Assembly (NCBI GenBank): GCA_951406725.2
Contig: OX597822.1
Location: 69,812,001-69,876,000 of the forward strand
DNA length: 64,000 bases
Origin: Octopus vulgaris
Lineage: Eukaryota
Direction: 5' to 3'
Made by a program: the position numbers and the translations under genes. Every line of letters begins with the position of its first letter. Positions within the stretch are counted from its first letter, which is position 1. Shown here piece after piece: positions 60,984-64,000 of the stretch. The notes beneath the pieces are model-generated. The model saw only the letters and a list, made by a program, of their open reading frames with translations. It was not told the origin of the DNA and did not search any database.

Positions 60984-61147
60984 CATCATCATCATCATCA
61001 TCATCATCCGCTTTCCATGCTAGCATGGGTTGGATGGTTCAACTGGGGTCTGGGAAGCCAGGAGGCTGCACCAGGCCCAGTCTGATCTGGCAGTGTTTCT
61101 ATAGCTGGATGCCCTTCATAATGCCAACCACTCCATGAGTGTAGTGG

Positions 61148-61185
<38 letters not shown>

Positions 61186-61188
<3 letters not shown>

Positions 61189-62540
61189 TAGGAAGGCAGG
61201 CAAACCACAAATCCCTTCAGGTAGATTGCCCTGCTCGATCTGTAGTAGAGGCATAGGTAGAAACTCTATAAGATGTACCCAGTGTAAGCTATGGACACAT
61301 AAGAGGTGCAGTAATATCAAAGGAAGGCTAATGGGGAAGATAGTTTTTGTATGTGGTAGATGCTCGGGAGCAATAAATGCTGAAAATGTGCAGAGAACAA
61401 CTTCCACCACATTCCAGGGAGGAAAACTAGAAGTAGTTGATAGCTTCCATTACCTAGGTGACCAAGTCATTAGCGGGGGAGGGTGCGCTGAAAGTGCAGC
61501 TACTAGAATAAGAATAGCTTGGACAAAGTTCAGAGAGCTCTTACCTCTGCTGGTAACAATGGGCCTCTCGCTCAGAGTAAAAGATAGACTGTATGACACA
61601 TGTGTACGAACAGCCATGCTACATGGCAGTGAAACATGGGCTGTGACTGCTGAGGACATGTGTAAGCTCGCAAGGAATGAAGCCAATATGATCCGATGGA
61701 TGTGTAATGTCAGTGTGCATACTTGACAGAGTGTAAGTACCTTGAGAGAAATGTTGGGCCTATGAAGCATCAGATGTGGTGTGAAAGAAAGACGACTGCG
61801 CTGGTATGGTCATGTGGCGAGAATGGATGAGGACAGCTGTGTGAAAAAGTGCCACACCCTAGCGGTTGAGGGAACCTGTGGAAGAGGTAGACCCAGGAAG
61901 ACCTGGGATGAAGTGGTGAAGCACGATCTTCAAACTTTGGGCCTCACTGAGGAAATGACTAGTGACCGAGACTTTTGGAAATATGCCGTGCGTGAGAAGA
62001 CCCGGCAAGCCAAATGAGACCATAATCTCATGGCCTATGCCAGGGGCATTACCAGCCCACTTATGCATACCTTTTCCTTCTTTGGACACTAAACTCTGCT
62101 TGCGAAGACCTGTTGAGGCAAGTGAAATCAAAAATCAAAATCAAAATCAATTCGATGACTGGCGTCCGTGCTAGCGGGGTTCAAAGAGCAACATATGAGT
62201 GTGTTCATTGACAGAGCAGCTAACAGGCCTCCATGCCAGTGGCACTTAAAAGGCACCATTCGAGCGTTGCCTTACTGGCACTCGAGCCCCATGCTAGTAG
62301 GATATTAAGAGTACCATCCGAGCATGATCATTGCCAGAGCGGCTATCAGGCCTCCGTGCCAGTGGCACGTAAAAGCACCCACTATACTCTCAGAGTGGTT
62401 GGCGTTAGGAAGGGCATCCAGCTGTAGAAACTCTGCCAGATCAAGATTGAAGCCTGGTGCAGCCATTTGGTTCGCCAGCCTTCAGTCATTCGTCCAACCC
62501 ATGCTAGCATGGAAAGCAGACGTTAAATGATGATGATGAT
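61186..62540 (+). mobile_element. 5'-truncated RTE LINE: ORF C-terminus plus 3'UTR and (GAT)n tail
   Basis: Contains PCSICSRGIGRNSIRCTQCKLWTHKRCS...FVCGRC, LEVVDSFHYLGD, LHGSETW and RRLRWYGHVARM...GRGRPRKTW. In-frame stops are present. The 3'UTR is 62017-62540. Confidence 0.92.
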
Positions 62541-62984
62541 ATATATATATATATATTCTTTTATTCTTTTAGTATTTTACTTGTTTCAGTCAGTTGACTG
62601 TGCCTATGCTGGAGCACCATCTAGAAGGGTTTTAGTTGAACAAATTGACACCAGGACTTATTTCATAAGCCTAGAACTTATTCTATAGGTCTCTCTTGTC
62701 AAACCAATAAGTTATGGGGATGTAAACTTGCCAACACCAGTAGTCAACCAGTGATGGGGAACAAATACAGACACAAAGACACAGACGCATGCACGTGCGT
62801 GCGCACACACACACACACACGACAGGCTTCTTCCTGTGTCCATCTAAAAAATCCACTCACAAAGCTTTGGTTAGCCTGAGGCTATAGTGGAAGATATCTA
62901 CCCAAGGTGCCATGCAGTGGGACTGAACCTGGAACCATGTGGTTGGGAAGCTTCTTATCACCACACAGCCTATATATATATATA

Positions 62985-63340
62985 TCTTTATATATATAAA
63001 ACTGAAGATGTCTATCTGTCTGTCTGTGTGTTTCCCTAAAACTTGAGAACTACACAACCAATTTCATTCAAATTTTACACATGCCTTACTTAGGGTCTGG
63101 GGAATGTCACCGGCAAAAAAATTTTTTTACTTTTTGCCTAGGGCGAGCCCACAGCAATATCATATCTTCTCCACTACAATTCCCTAAAACTTGAGAACTA
63201 CACAACCAATTTCATTCAAATTTTACACATGCTTTACTTAAGGTCCATGTAGTTTCATGGGCAAAAAAATTGTTCAACTTCTTGCCTAGAGCGAGCCCAT
63301 AGCAATATCATATCTTCTCCACTATTTCAGTATTACGTGT
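62985..63340 (+). mobile_element. Helitron-like 5' end with two ~150-bp tandem repeats
   Basis: TCTTTATATATATAAAA start and (GTCT)n. The block ttccctaaaacttgagaactacacaaccaatttcattc...atatcttctccacta is duplicated at 63032-63176 and 63180-63324. Confidence 0.55.
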
Positions 63341-64000
63341 TAAAAGTGAAACAAAAACATTTCTCTATTTTATGTCAGATACTTTCACTTTAACAATAAA
63401 AATAATAATAACAATTGAATTATATGTAGTAAGTAATACTTAAAATCAAACTAAAGTATAATATAATCGTAACATAACAAAAGTAAAAATAGCAATTGGT
63501 ATAAAATTGCATCAATGACTTGAACTTGAATAAGTGGTTTCACATGAATCGGAATAAATTAAAAATAAAATTAGCGTGCAGAAATGGAGTAGTCCAGATG
63601 GATAATAAAAAATTAAATTAAAGAAAAGACTATTGTCTATAAAGTATACAATGTAGAGAAAAAAGAAGATTTGAACGCACGGAGGAAAGCACCTTCGAAA
63701 AATGTCTTGGTGCGACTATGAAAGATAGTAAATTCACCACAATAGAAGCAAGGTTCGAGTCAACGGAGCGTGCAAGGGAGTACTTGACTCAAACTTGCAA
63801 AGTGAAAATATTTTATTTTTACCTTTATAGTAGAGGTAGGCTGGATTGTAGCCACACTTCTATACAAGAGGGAGGACAAGATACAATTGATCGAAATTAC
63901 AAGAGACAGGCTAACAATTCCAGTCTGTTATATATTTTGAGTATTGTTATCACTAGCGATATCAAGATATAACTTTGTATATTGTATTTTATGTGTAGAT

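Noticed and set aside
22-63972. Most 60-150-aa ORFs in the track (YIYIYI, CVCVC, QGFGRPEAIVEDTCPRCH, LQLDALPNANHS types)
   Set aside because: They are translations of microsatellites, SINEs, LINE 3'UTRs or antisense frames.

Overview
AT-rich, microsatellite- and repeat-dense animal DNA. The SINE and LINE families look like those of Octopus, which is recognition from memory rather than a database result. Two convergent protein-coding genes can be supported. The first is an intact RIOK1 kinase with an intronless CDS (+, 6041-7675). The second is a spliced minus-strand gene (ATG 43963, six phase-compatible coding exons down to about 23805) encoding a type II membrane protein: cytoplasmic tail, TM helix, SEA domain and a ~1100-aa S/T/N-rich mucin-like region, with no protease domain visible. 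The rest is tRNA-derived SINEs, RTE/CR1/CRE LINE fragments, mariner and DD37D remnants, MITEs, Helitron-type elements and two solo LTRs. The most striking unexplained signal is a dozen or more sequence-unrelated short elements, mostly next to (TA)n tracts. Many are fold-back inverted repeats, and most carry a minimal type I hammerhead-ribozyme motif (CUGANGA...GAAA plus a palindromic stem III). Two motifs look near-intact (28195-28285 minus, 58006-58068 plus). All coordinates and pairings were read by eye.
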